Origin: Basidiobolus meristosporus CBS 931.73
Lineage: Eukaryota; Fungi; Basidiobolomycota
Assembly (NCBI GenBank): GCA_002104905.1
Contig: MCFE01000222.1
Span: forward strand, 1-64,000
Length of the DNA: 64,000 nt
Reading direction: 5' to 3'
The notes under the pieces are model-generated. The model ran no database searches. It was not told the origin of the DNA and saw only the letters and a program-made list of their open reading frames with translations. Shown in pieces: positions 49,150 to 62,600 of the stretch. The translations under genes were made by a program, and so were the position numbers. Each line of letters opens with the position of its first letter. Positions within the stretch are counted from its first letter, which is position 1.

Positions 49150-51624
49150 GGGAGGTTGAAAAACATAATACCATTTGGGAAATTGGCACAGTAGCATTTT
49201 ACAGAACTAGTTCTAGGCCAATGTACTGCATTTATATTGTCAGCAGAGGTTTGCAATGAAGCCATCAGAATACCATCAAGTTTCTTGCCATACAAGGCAA
49301 TGGGATGTATTGGCTGGTCAGGTCAAAGTAGCCATTACTTCTTAGTAGTTTTAATGTTTGCCATCAATTATATTGGAAATGTTTGCACTTGATTGATACT
49401 GAGTGCAGTACTTTATAGCTTCAAAATATTTGTTGGACTGCATCAGCTTCCTTAGATGGGGTTTTACTGGAATATATATAGGGTGTGAATAATGTTCTCC
49501 TCCAGTGGTTGTGGATTCCTGACAAGTTGGACACCTTGCAAAGTGACATCATCTGATTTGAATGCCATACAACTGCTAACACATGCTGTTATCATGACAG
49601 TCTCTGGGTTGTATATTGCCAGCTGCATAATAGTTTCCCATTTGTACCCTGTACATGGCAAGTTGCATGCCAGATTGATTATAGCAAGAATTAGTAGTGC
49701 ATCCTGAAAGCCTCCATTACAGAAATTGGTGAAAAAACATCGCTTCTCCTGCAACCACAATGTGTCATGTAGCAGTAGATGGATTACTGGGCCAACTTGG
49801 CTCCATAAAGTATTCTTGGAGTTTTTTTGGGCTAAAAATATGCATTTTTCACCTTTTGGCTCAGATTTTGACAGATTTTCAGGCAGTTTCTGGCATTTGC
49901 TGTACACCAAATTATTCCTATATGTTCTGCACTTGATCAGTATCCATGCCATGCTTCAAATGGAGTAGTATCACAAAGTGTTCAGTTATAATTCCTATAT
50001 TGAAGGTATACAGCTGTGGCAACTAATTTCACCCAAATATCATATGACAATTTATGATCATGGATCATTGAGCTTGCCACATCAGTTATTGATCTGCTTG
50101 CACATTCTGCTACTCCATTTTGCTGTGGGGAGTATAGTACAGAAATCTCTTGCTTATCCCATTAATTTACAGTAGTGGATGAGGAGTCTTGAGGTATATT
50201 CTCCACCATTGTCAAAGCATATTTTCTTGATTTTTTCACCATTTCTCTCTCCACAATAACTTTAAGCTCCCTGAACTTCTGAGTGGACTAGATCTAATTT
50301 TTTCTCTGTTTCAATTAACCCAGAGCTCATGAACAGTTTTCTGGCTTGTTTCCCATATGTGAAGGCTTCACAGTGCTTGAAATTATTTGGGAGATTAGTT
50401 TTTACTTAGGAAATTAGTTGATATTTAAACATTTTGCTCAAGTAATCAAAATTGATGTCTCCAAATCACCTGTGCCAGAACAATGGTGTTTCTTCATTTA
50501 AGTTACTTAGATTGGCTTCCAAATATGATGGAATATAAGTCAACTTGCATAGATTCTGATTTCTGACATCTAGATCAATATGGGCATCATTTTGATCAGT
50601 GATTCTGCATCCTGAATTGTTAAAGCTGAAACTGAGTTCTTGTGCAATAACCTTGCTTACAGATAATAGGTTCTTTGCTACTTCTGATGCATAAAGTACC
50701 TCTATGGAGGAAGGGGTATAGCTCCCTTCACTACTTCTGAGGTTCACTGGGATAGTTCCTTCTCCATTGCCTCATATGCTCTATTGTCACCAAAAAAAAC
50801 CTTCTTGATTGGAATTTGTTGGGATTGGGAAAAAAGCTTTCTTTGGTGTGTAAAGAGTTGAGATGCTCCAGAGTCAATGTACCAGATCTGAGAATCCTTG
50901 TCTGAGGTCATATTTAGTACAGATATAAATAGTCTATCTTCAGTTGTTGCAGAGTTTCCATATTCAAGCTTCTTTTCCTGATTATCAAGGCTTCTTCCTT
51001 TCCCTACAAGAAGTAAACCTATGTGTATCTTGTAAAATCATCAATAAAAGTGATTAAATGCTTCATCCCATCCAAGGATAAATTTTTCATATGTCTACAC
51101 AGATTCAAGTGAATTGAATCACATGTATTCTGAGTTTCAATTAACCTAGATCTCCTGAATAGCTATTGAGCCTGTTTCCCAGATATGCAGGCTTTCCAGT
51201 GCTCCAAATTTGCAGAGGGATCAATTGTTACACTGGAAATTAGCTGTTTGTTGATCATTTTGAGCATATAATCAAAGTTGGGGTGACCAAGTTTCCTGGT
51301 CAAAGCATTAGTGTTTCTTTATTCAAATTACTGCAACTGACATAAGGATAGGATGAAATATAAGTGAGCTTGTATAGAATCTGATCACTGATACCCAGAG
51401 CAATATGGGCACCATATTGATCAGTGATCCTGCATCCTGATTTGTCAAAACTAAAACTGAGTCCTTCTGCTGTGGCTTTTCTTACCGTTAGTAGGTTCTT
51501 GGCTATTTCTGGTACATAGAGAACTTCTTAAAGGTCAGTGTATAGCTTCCTTTGCTGCTTCTAAGGTTTACTTGGATAGTTCCTTTTCCCACTGCATCAA
51601 GTGTTCTATTGTCACCCATGAACC
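49150..51624 (-). mobile_element. Jumbled copia remnants (repeated PR and IN segments plus RT pieces)
   Basis: LSKSEPKGEKCIFL and GGEY motifs. Several partial copies of the segment also found at 54200-55150. Confidence 0.7.
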
Positions 51625-54600
51625 TGTTGTAAGAGTCTTGGAGATATTCTAAGTGATTGGGAGGACAAGTAAATTATGTGGCTTTCACTCAATGATCTAT
51701 CCTATGTTAAAGTAGTATTTATACTTTTACAAGATCTTGGCATACCAAACAGATATAATAGACTAAGGAAGCTCCCAAGAACATGTGTGCAAATTTTGGG
51801 GCTGTTTGGACAACTTTGAGAATTTTCATGCTCTGGGCACCTGGTATTTTGGTGAAAATACTCCAAGTAAATCCCAACAAGAAATCTGGCCAGTATTCTC
51901 TGGGATTTGAAGGTAACAATCTAAGGAACTAAGTTAGGTTAATATTTAGGTGGAATTACAAATTTTTACAACACTCCCACTCAGCTAAATGTTCATGCTG
52001 ACTAGTCCTAATTTTGACCTAAGATATTCACACTGGTCTTTAGCTAATGGTTTGGTAAACATGTCTGCAATCATTTCATCTGAAGGACAGTAAACCAAGC
52101 CAACTAAGTCATTCTCTATAGCTTCACATATGAGATGAAGTCTAATATCTATGTGCTAAGCTCTAGCATGAAAAGTTGGTTTTCTATCTGATTTTATACA
52201 TCCTTGATTATCTTGAAATAATGTAACATGCATTTTTTGACATAGGCCTAAATTTTTAAGAAGCTTTCTTAACCACATTGCTTCTTTTATAACTTTGCAG
52301 GCTGTCATGTACTCTGTCTCTGTAGTAGAAAGTGCTATGGCTGGTTGCTTTCTTGAGTTCCATGAAATTGCTCCTTTACAGTAAAGAAAGGTGCGTCCTG
52401 TGGTGGATCTTCTGTCTTCCAAATTTTGTTCCCAATCAGCATCAGAGTATCCCACAAGATCCTGTTCTGAATTCTTATAAGTGCACCTTAAGCAGGTATC
52501 AGCAGTTCCAATAGGTATCTAAAATTCTGCTTAACTGCTGTAATATGATCAGATCCATAGTTCTGATTATGCTGGCTGACAACTCTCACTGAATATGATA
52601 ACTTATGGACGTGTTCCAAGCATGATATACATCAGGCTGCCGGCCATAGACTGATAAGGAAAGTCAGGGCTTTCAGATGGCATCAAGCTCTCTTGATTTG
52701 GTTGAGTTTTGACTAAGTTAAAGTTTGTCTCCATTGGTGTAGCTGCTGGTATACAGTCTTCTATTTGGTACTTCTTTAGTATATCATGAATATACTTGGA
52801 TTGGCACAGGGTGATAGTCTGGGTAACTCTGCTATGAGAACTTGATCCCTAAGTAGAAACTGAGCTCTCCTAGATCAGACAACTTAAACTCCTCAGATAG
52901 GCTGGATTTAGTGTCTTACAATGTTGCTAGGTTATTGGTGGCTATAATAAGATCATCCACATATACAGCTAATGAACTGGACTTGCTCTATCTGGCTTAT
53001 AGTATATACTATAGTCAGCATTACTCCTTTTGAAACTCAAAGATTCCAAATAAGAATCTATCTTGCAATTTCAGGCTCTTGGTGATTGTTTGAGACCACA
53101 TAGACACCTTTTATGCTTGCAGACCAAATAGGGGTTATCTTGGCCAGCAAACACATCAGGCTGGTTCATATACAGCTTTTACATCCATTTGATGAATAAA
53201 AAACTTAAATATGGCTGCAATAGCCCAAATCAATCTGATGGATTTAAACTTGGCTACCAGTGCAAAGGTCCCAGTATAGTCAAGTCCTTTTGTTTGAGAG
53301 TATCCTTTGGCCACAAGTCTTGCTTTGTATCTTTCAATTGTACCGTCCACCTTGTATTTTGTCTTGAAGACCCATCTGCATTCAATTGATTTTTGGTAGA
53401 TTGGTAATTGGACCAAGTCCCAAGTTTGATCATTTCTCTGGGCTTGATATTCCTCAGTTGTTACAGATCTCCAAAACTTTGTCTGGGGGCTATATAGGGC
53501 CTCTTCTACAGTCTGGTGCTCATCAAAATGGACTGAATAGGCATTGGCTAAGTTTTTACCCACATTGATATGGTAATTTGGGCTATTTCTTGTCCAATTG
53601 CATCTCCTGGCATTTGATACTGGAATGATTACTTGTAGGATATTCCTGTGCACTGCTTCAGGCTGAATTACAATTGACAAGTCTTCTGGGGTGAAAAAAT
53701 TTTCATTGTTTTGCTCTAATTCAATCCTGACGCTTGGTAAACTTGAGAACAGATATTTGTCATCATCTGATGTCATTTTTTGTGAGAATTTTGAGTTCTC
53801 ATCAGACAACTCATCCCTGGACTTGATTAGCTTCTTTGCTTTGGTATTATAGAATCTGTATGCTTTACTCTCATTGTAGTAGCCCAAAAATATGCATTTT
53901 ATACTTTTTGGCTCAAATTTTGAGTAATTTCTGGGCATTTTCTTGGTATATGCTGTACACCCAAGTATTCTTAGATGTTTTGCACTTGGCCTGAATGCAT
54001 ACCATGCTTCGAATTAAGTAAAATCACCAAGTATTCTGCTATAATTGCTATTTTATGGTACACAGCTGTGGCAGCTGGTTCTGCACAAAAATCAAAGGAT
54101 AATTTTCAAGCATGGATCTCAGATCTTGCCATATCAATTATTGATTTGTTTTCACACTCTGCTACTTCATTTTGCGGTGGGGAGTATGGTGCAGTGGTCT
54201 CTTGCTTTATCCCATTAATTTTGCAGAAGTGAATGAAGAGCTTTGAGGTATATTTTCCACCATTGTCAGAGCGTATTTTCTTGATTTTTTCACCAGTCTC
54301 TCTCTCCGCCTTGCTTTAAGCTCTTTGAACTTGGACAGAGCTTCTTCCTTTCTCTCCATGGACTAGACCCATGTGTATCTTGTATAGTTATCAAAAATAG
54401 TGATTAAGTACCTCATCCCACCTAAAGATAGATCTTGCATAGGACCACACAGATCTCAGTGAATTAGTTCCAGTTTTTTCTTAGTTTCAATTAACCCTGA
54501 GCTCTTGAACAGATGTCTGGCTTGTTTCCCATATATGCAGGCTTCACAGTGCTCCAAACTAGCTGGAGGATCAAGTTTTACTCCCAGAATTAGCTGATCT

Positions 54601-55381
54601 TTGATCATTTTGTGCAAATAGTCAAAATTGATGTGCCCAAATCTTTTGTGTCAAAGCATTGGTGTTTCTTCATTTAAGTTGCTCATATTGGCCTCCAAAT
54701 ATGATGGAATATAAGTCAACTTAAATATATTCTGATCTCTAATACCCAAAGCAATATGGGGACCATTTTGATCAGTGATCTAGCATCAAGATTTGTCAAA
54801 GCTGACACTAAGTCCTTCTGCAGTGTCCTTGCATACAGATAGTAGGTTCTTGCCTATTTCTGGTAAATAGAGTAGTTCTTTAAAGGTTAGTGTAGGGCTT
54901 CCTTCACTGCTCTGAGGTTTACTTGGATAGTCTCTTCTCCTACTGCATCAAGTGTTCTATTGTCACCCATCAAAACCTTCTTGATTGGAATTTCTTGATA
55001 TTAGGTAAAAAGTTCTTTTTGGTGTGTTAAGTGCTAAGATGCTCCAGAGTCAATATACCATGTCTGAGAATCCTTGTTTGTGGTCATATTTAGTCCAGAT
55101 ATGAATAGCCTATCTTCAGTGGTTGCAGCCTTTCCATATTCAGAGTTCTTTTACTGATTTTCTCTCTTTTTGAGACACCAGTCTGATGTGTGTCCTTTCC
55201 TTTTGCCGTAGTTGCAAAACAGGTTGCTATTGCCTTTGTAAGGTCTTGGGTACCTTCCCTGTTGGTTATTATTGCTTATTAAAGTATTTTCTTCTTCCTT
55301 CTTATTGACCCTTGATTTTCTTAATTCTTCATCCAGGAGCCTTCCATATACATAATTTAAGGTCAAATCTTCAGTTCTGGA
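51625..55381 (-). mobile_element. Copia-2 near-complete decayed copy (3' LTR 51625-51973; gag interrupted at 55381 by Gypsy-B)
   Basis: LTR TGTTGTAA...TTACAACA, PPT complement CTCCCACTC. RH GYSDADWEQNLEDRRSTTG, RT RYKARLVAKGYSQ, CNYGKRKGHTSDWC. Confidence 0.88.
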
Positions 55382-57903
55382 TGTGAGCACTAAATGCAGT
55401 ACCCACTCTTTGCCCAAGAGCTCTCCCCAGAGTCCTACCCAAAGTCCCCCAGTATTCTCCCTATAATTCCCCCACATGCCCTCCCTCCTATCCCTTCCCT
55501 TATCTAGTTAGAACACTTACCATAACAGGAAGGTGTTCACACCCCTATTTTATAACACATTGTCTGATATCTAAGCCCCCAAGTGATATATATATATCTA
55601 CCCAATTGAACCAAGTGAGGGGACAAGAGGATTTGGACAAAATAAACAAAAGTCTTTATTACCTTGCTACCTTCTATTGGAAGCTACTCTGAACCAAGTG
55701 GTACTGACTTGACCAACAAACACTCCCACTCACCAAGTACAGTCAGTAATAACCCACATATTTGGTGCCATCTCTGCAGAAGTTAGCACAAGTGAGGTAA
55801 TGACTACTACAATCAAACTAAAAACATATAAGGAAAATAGAGAGAAAGCCCTTGAGTGGTTTGATAAGTTTGAGAGAGTTGCAGTTGATGCAGGATGGGA
55901 CAACAATATGAAAGTGAGGGAGTTTGCAACACATATGGAAGGGTCAGCATGGCAATGGCATTATGGGTTAGAAGACACAGTTAAAAACAACTGGGATGCA
56001 CTAGAAGAAGCCTACAAGACATGCTTTCTATATGCCAAAGGATACCACTACAAAGCCCTTCTACTGTCCTCACAGAAGAAAAGCAGTGAGAGCTATGAAG
56101 CCAACACTGAACTGTTTCTTCAACAAGTTCAATGTCTCCCAAAGGACAAAATTGCCAAACAACAGCTCATGAGGTATTACATCATGGGCTTAGACAATGA
56201 AATAAGACATAGGGCATCCAAAGAACTACAGGGATGTAAAACACTGCAAGAGTTGGTCAAACAAGTACAAGGGGTCATCTTACTATGGGGGCTACCCTTT
56301 AGTGATACAATTGATCAAAGGACAGGGATCCCCTGTAAGAACAAAAAAATTGCCTCCCCAAAAGACCGTGAGTTAGAGGAATTACTGCAAAAGGTCCAAG
56401 AACTCTTGATCAACAATGTCCAAGAAGTCCCCACAGAAGGTGAAATATTCTGGGGAGCTGTTGTAGATCTAAAGGCCCAGGTACAAGCCCTGACCCAACA
56501 GATGGAATGACCGCAACAACAGTATGCGTGTTATGTGTGTGGAGAAGTAGGTCACCGGGCCCACAAATGTAAAAAACGGTATGGACAAGAAGCTGTACCA
56601 GACACAAAAGGGAAGAAGGCATCAAAAGCAGAGTCCCTTGCCAGGAGGCCAATGGGACTCAGTCAATCTAAGCCCTCCGGTCAGGACAGTCAAAGTGCAG
56701 AAGTAGAAGCATTGACATGATGCTTCTAGAGAGGTGGCAAAGGAACCTGTAGTAGAGGTACTGTCAAAAGGAAAGAGCGTGGAATTAGGTGAAGAATTAT
56801 GGAATGAGCCTTGGGAAGAAGTGTTAAAGCAAACAAAGAACACTAGCACGTCTTCCCATGGCCTATTCCCCATAATGAAGGTGCTGGAGCAAACCAAGGC
56901 AACCCTCCCAATAACCAATTTACTGGGACTTGCCCTGGCTCTAATCAAGGAACTGATAGAGGGATTGAAGGAGATAACAACCCTTCATGTCAACCAGACA
57001 GTCCTGCAAAAACCAGATAAAGGTACATATGTAAAAGTACATATAGAGAATAAGGAGATTCTTGCCCTTATTAACACAGGATCCTCTATGTTGATCATGT
57101 CACAGTCATTAGCAAAACATCTAAAATTAGACATAGTCCCCAACAACACCTTTTGAGTACAGCTAGCAAATGACCAACCGGACACAACAGTAGGCATGGT
57201 GCCTAATTGCCCCATCTGGCTAGGCAACTTGATTATACACCAAGATGTTGTGGTTCTACCCATTGCAGCCAACAACTTACTCATTGGTGAGAGTTGGTTT
57301 ATCCAACATAAGATGGATATACTTTACAGTGCATCTGAACTCAGGTGGGTTACCAAGAGTATCCCACTGATTCATATCACCAATGAGAACAAGGAGCATA
57401 GTAACAGTGACAATTGAAGAAGCAAAACCGTTGTAGTCTCCAATCATCACACAAAAGGTGATAAAAATACCACCTGCCAGTGAGATGGTGATCTCATTAG
57501 AGACACCAATAGCTTATTCAACAAGCAGAAGAATGATGACTGCAGCAAAGGCATCCAAGCAACTGGATGGAATCTTGATCCCTAAAGTATGGATACCACC
57601 AAAATTTGAAATGCAAAGTTTGAAGTGCTTAGTGGTTAACAATGGGCAACACACAGTGACATTGCCTAGAGGAGTGCCATTGTTAAACCTAGAGGTAGTT
57701 GACGGAAACAACCAAGGACCACCTACAAACAGGGAACTAGACAAAGAACTCCCCAAACTGGATGTAAACCCCTGTCTACCACCTGCATTACAAGACAAGT
57801 TCCTACAAAAAATACACCCGCTTGCCCAAGTATTCTCTAAGAACCAAGTAATTGGTCATATACCTGGGGTATATCACCAAGTCCACCTCACCAACAAATA
57901 CCC
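55382..57903 (+). mobile_element. Gypsy-B old copy, 5' part (LTR 55382-55758, gag, PR, RT start)
   Basis: TGTGAG...CCCACA LTR, gag WFDKFERVA...EGSAWQWH, CGEVGHRAHKC, LALINTGSS. Homologous to 62150-64000 but CpG-eroded. Confidence 0.9.
55763..55774 (+). promoter_or_regulatory. PBS TGGTGCCATCTC, probably tRNA-His
   Basis: 4 nt after the LTR. Complementary to the 3' end of yeast-type tRNA-His as I recall it (GAGAUGGCACCA); not checked against a database. Confidence 0.6.
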
Positions 57904-58335
57904 TGTGGGTTATTACTGACTGTACTTGGTGAGTGGGAGAGCTTGTAGGTCAAGTCAGTACCACTTGGTTCAGAATAGCTTCCGATAGAAGGTAGCAAGG
58001 TAATAAAGACTTCTGTTTATTTTGTCCAAATCTCGTTGTTCTTCCTGGTTCAATTGGGTAGATATATATATCACTTGGGGGGGGCTTAGACAATAGACAA
58101 TGTGTTATAAAATAGGGGTGTGAACACCTTCCTGTTATGGTAAGTGTTCTAACTAGATAAGGGCAGGGATAGGAGGGGAGGACGCGTGGGGGAATCATAG
58201 GGAGGGTACTGGAGGACTTTGGGTAGGACTCTGGAGGGAACTCTTGGGAGAACTCTTGGGCAAAGAGTGGGTACTACATTGAGTACTCACATATCCCGGG
58301 GGTTAAGTGGGAGCTTTGTCCTCGAAGTTCTTTGA

Positions 58336-59505
58336 CTAACTCGCTTCTCCAGGATCGATTTTGTTTACGGAGCATGGGGAGTCACCGTAGTACCATTGCT
58401 GGTTGTCACTTGCGAGGGGATCGCGGGCGAGTACCTGATACCATTTGGCGGCAGAGTGGGGTGCGGCCTGTGTTGCTTGAGGGATGTTTTCCACAAAGCC
58501 AAATAGTTGGCAAACCATAGGGTTCTGGGTAAGTTCCTCGGGAGGGTCGGAGAACGAGAAAAGGTGCAATAGCGCGATAAAGTCTTGCTTCTTTATCTTG
58601 CAAACGTTATCGGGGCTTGTCCTTTTCATGTTCAATATGATGGCGGGGGACCTTTTGAAGAGGGCGTACACTCGGTCGGCAGTCACCTGTTGTCGATAAC
58701 AAGTTTTTGCTTCTTCCAAGACGTATTGTAGTTCTTCCGTAGAAACTGTGGCGCAATCGAGGCGCTTTCGTACTCGCCTCATGGTTTCTACAGAATCCGC
58801 GGCGGTTTCTTTGGCTTCTTGGAGTTGGACTTTGTACTGATTCCTGAGTTGTCCTATGGTAAACCACTGTAATAGTTGTAACACAGCAACTTGGTGGATC
58901 GCATGGGTTAACTGGCCGGTGTATTTAATCTGTTCACGTATCTTCTCTAAGATGGTTCCTTCTTGGAAATGTGGTTTGAGATGTTCGCAAATTTCTCGGA
59001 GGAGTCCTTTGATCGGGAGTTCTATTTCTGGTGCTCTTGCAGCTTGTACCAGGTCTGCGTATACCTCAACAACCGTGGTACCTATTAATGGCAAGTATGC
59101 AACAAAACAGGGGGGCTCTCAAGGTCTTGTGAGGGCACAACAGTTGATTCCTTGTGTCTTCTGTCTGACTGTGTCCAGTATGGATACGGGAATCAGCGCG
59201 GCGTCCTTCTCATTAATGTTCAAGGAACCTCCTCTTAGGTGGTACACGGTCTTCTCGGGTAGTATCTCCATGCTTTGTATTGGCATGGGTAACTTGTCTT
59301 GTCCCTCTCTAATTGTGTCTTGTATTAGCGTGACTGCTCCGGCAAACAACTCTTCATAGGTGGCTGTCATTGTACGTAACGCTTGTACCATATCTCTTAA
59401 CACTTGCAGGTTGGTTTTGTTTTTGATATCATCTTGGTTCTTGCTAGTGGGAGGGGTATCGCCAGTTTTGGGTGAACTGTTTCCTTTGGCGCTTTCCATA
59501 TGCAT
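58336..59505 (-). CDS. Extra ORF3 of unknown function in the env position (about 389 aa, one internal TGA at 59119-59121)
   Basis: ORFs 59119-59529 and 58336-59094 are in the same frame, separated only by CCT-TGA-GAG. First ATG at 59505 (MHMESAK). Confidence 0.7.
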
Positions 59506-59634
59506 TCTTTTGTTCTCCCCTTTGGGCAAACTCCCTCGCGCATATTATTTGTACCTATATCAACTAAAATCTCCTCTAATAAACTTTGAATGTATCCCAT
59601 GTCTTCCTCTATCCTTGTCCTGGTAATTGTTTAA

Positions 59635-62600
59635 TCACACTTCGGTCTCAGTGATGATCGGTGGATCATCATGAAACGGTTTCAGATGGGCTGGTGCTAT
59701 GTTGCTGATTGTCTTATTATTCAGGGTGATGGTGTACTTTGGTCCGTGGTCCGAACTGATAACGGTGCATGGGCCAATCCATCGGGGTGTAAATCGTGGG
59801 CGGAACTTGAGGCCTGCAACGGTTTGGTCGTACCACACCTTATTGCCTGGTTTCCACTTTTGTCTCGTTAGTTTCTCATTTTTGGGTGGAGGGGGAAGGT
59901 GCTTGTCAACATTTTCAAATACTTTTATGTATAGGTGGGCGATACGGTGTATCAACCTTTCTATATAGTTGTTATGTGTCGTCAGGGGGACACCTTCCAT
60001 TGTCAATCCAGCTTCCTCCCGCCACTTGGGTCTTTGTCCATATAGGATTTCATATGGGGAGAAACCCGTCGTTTTATTTGGTGTGGTGCGCATTGCTAGG
60101 AGTGTCAGTGGGAGCAGCTCAGCCCATGATTGGGGAAGTTCCCAGTGAAGCTTCTCCAGTATGCGGCAACACGTCTGGTTCATCCTCTTGGTTAATCCGT
60201 TAGTCTGGGGGTGATACGCGGCCGTGAAGACTTGTTTCACGCCCATCATTTTGCACAGGTGGGCCACGGTGTCGTTCAGGAAGGAACCACCATTGTTGGA
60301 CAGGAGTATCTGAGGATATCCATGTCGGCAGATGAGGTGTTCTAGAATGAATCGGGCGGTTGTCTTCTGATCTTTATTGCGGATGGCTTGGGCTTCTACC
60401 CACGTTAAGAAATAATTGGTAGCAATTATTATGTATCGTTCTCCTTTCTTCGTTTTCATAAAGAGGCCAACAAAGTTGATCCCTACTCGGTGGAAGGGCA
60501 GGTCAACCGGTATTGGTGCGGTTGTCCCTATCTTCTGACTCCGGTTGAATCTTTTGCAAGTGGTGCATCTTTGTAACGTATTTGTAACGTCGGTCATCAT
60601 TTTTTGCCAATAAAACGTTTTTCTTAACATCTTATATGTCGTTAGGGGGTTAGCGTGTCCTAATGACATATGTCTTTCTTGTATGATTTCTTCACGGGCT
60701 GCTAGTGGGGGTACCTCGGCTCTGGACTGTCCTTGGAGGAACCATAATTGATTTTCTTGTACTTCGTACTGACACCATTTCCTTGGAAATTCTCTCTTCT
60801 GTTTGTTTGTAACGACATGTTTGGGATACCTCCCTTTCTTTTTAAAGCAGATTACGTCCTCGTACTCATCACTGACACGTATTTGGCAAACGGGATAGCA
60901 ACTGAGGAAGTCTGCGTCCTGGTGTTTCTTGCCAGCGCGGTGAATTATTTCAAATTTGTATTGCTGTAGTCATAGGGCCCAACATGCTAGTCAGCCGGTA
61001 AAGTCTTTAGTTTTCATCAGCCAGACCAGTGCGCTGTGGTCCGTTACTATCGTGAATCGGCGACCATGTATGTATGTATGGAATTGTTTAATTGAATAAA
61101 CAACAGCCAGACATTCTATCTTGGTAACGGGGTAGTGGCGTTTGTGTTTGTTTAGCGAACGGCTCACGTAACCAATTGGGTGGAATTTGCCGGGTTGGTG
61201 GTATTGTCCCAGTATGGCGCCTATACCGGTGAGGCTTCCATCACAGTTAATAAAAAATCTTGCATCCCAATTGGGAAATTGTAACACTGGCGGTGACGTC
61301 AGGGAATGTTTCAGCTGATCAAATGCTCTCTTTTGAGGCTCCGACCATACAAAACACTGGCCCTTTTGCGCCAATTTGTATAGGGGGGCTGCTATTGTTG
61401 CGAAGTTTTTGACAAAGCGGCAATAGTAGCCGGCTAATCCTAGGAATTCCAACACTGCATTAATGTCCTTTGGTGCAGGTGCATTTTGAACGGCTTTCAG
61501 GAGTGACGTAGATGGGTATATTCCATCTGCCAAGATCTTGTGGCCCAGGAACAACAATTTTGTATACAGGAAATGGCACTTCTTGGGATGTAGTTTGAGT
61601 TGGTTCTCAAGGAGGGATGTCAGGATACATTGCACGTTGTGTATATGTTCTTCTACATTGGGGGAATATATCGTGATGTTGTCCAGATACACAAGGGCGT
61701 ATTCCCATCGTAGATTTCCTAGCACCTTGTCGATCATCCTTTGGAATGTAGCGGGGGCATTGCACAAGCCAAAGGGTAGTCGGTTCCATTCATATAATCC
61801 AAACAATGTTATAAAAGCGGTTTTGGGTTGATCTTCCGGGGCTACTTCTACTTGCCAATACCCGGAGATTAAGTCAAGAGAGCTAAAATATTTAGCTCCG
61901 ATTAATCTGTCCAAGAGGTCGTCTATTTGCGGTAGCAGATACACGTCCTTCCGGGTGACGGTGTTCAATTTCCGGTAGTCGATGCAAAAGCGTTGCTTTC
62001 CGTCTTTCTTCGGGACTATCACTACGGGGGAGGCCCATGGAGACTGGCTCTCTGTAATGATGTCGTCTTTTAATAAAGTTTCAATCGTCTCTTTGATATA
62101 GTCTGTGTCAATTTTCGAATTCCTATAGGCTTTTTGCTTGATGGGGTATTTGTTGGCGAGGTGGATTTGGTGATATACCCCAGGTATATGACCAATTACT
62201 TGGTTCTTAGAGAATACTTGGGCAAGAGGACGTATTCCTTCTAGGAATTTGTCTCGTAACGTAGGCGGTAGACCGGGGTCCACATCTAGTTTGGGGAGTT
62301 CTTCTTCTGGTTCTTTGTTTGGAGGTGGTCCTTGGTCGTTTCCGTTGACTTCCTCTAAGTTTAACAATGGCACTCCTCTAGGCAATGTCACCGTGTGTTG
62401 CCCGTTGTTAACCACTAAGCATTTCAGGCTTTGCGTTTCAAATTTCGGTGGTATCCATACTTTAGGGATTGAGATTCCTTCCAGTTGCTTGGATGCTTTC
62501 GCTGCGGTTATCATTCTTCCGCTCGTTGAATAAGCTATTGGTGTTTCTAATGAGATCACTGTCTCACTGGCGGGTGGTATTTTTATCACCTTTTGTGTGA

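Noticed and set aside
55151-55477. 108-aa ORF as a novel protein
   Set aside because: Chimera: the N-terminus is read off the Gypsy-B LTR and the rest is Copia-2 gag.
58856-59968. Plus-strand ORFs (58856-59359, 59360-59626, 59699-59968) as antisense genes
   Set aside because: Shadows of the stop-poor minus-strand ORF3 and integrase. No motifs, mostly non-ATG starts.
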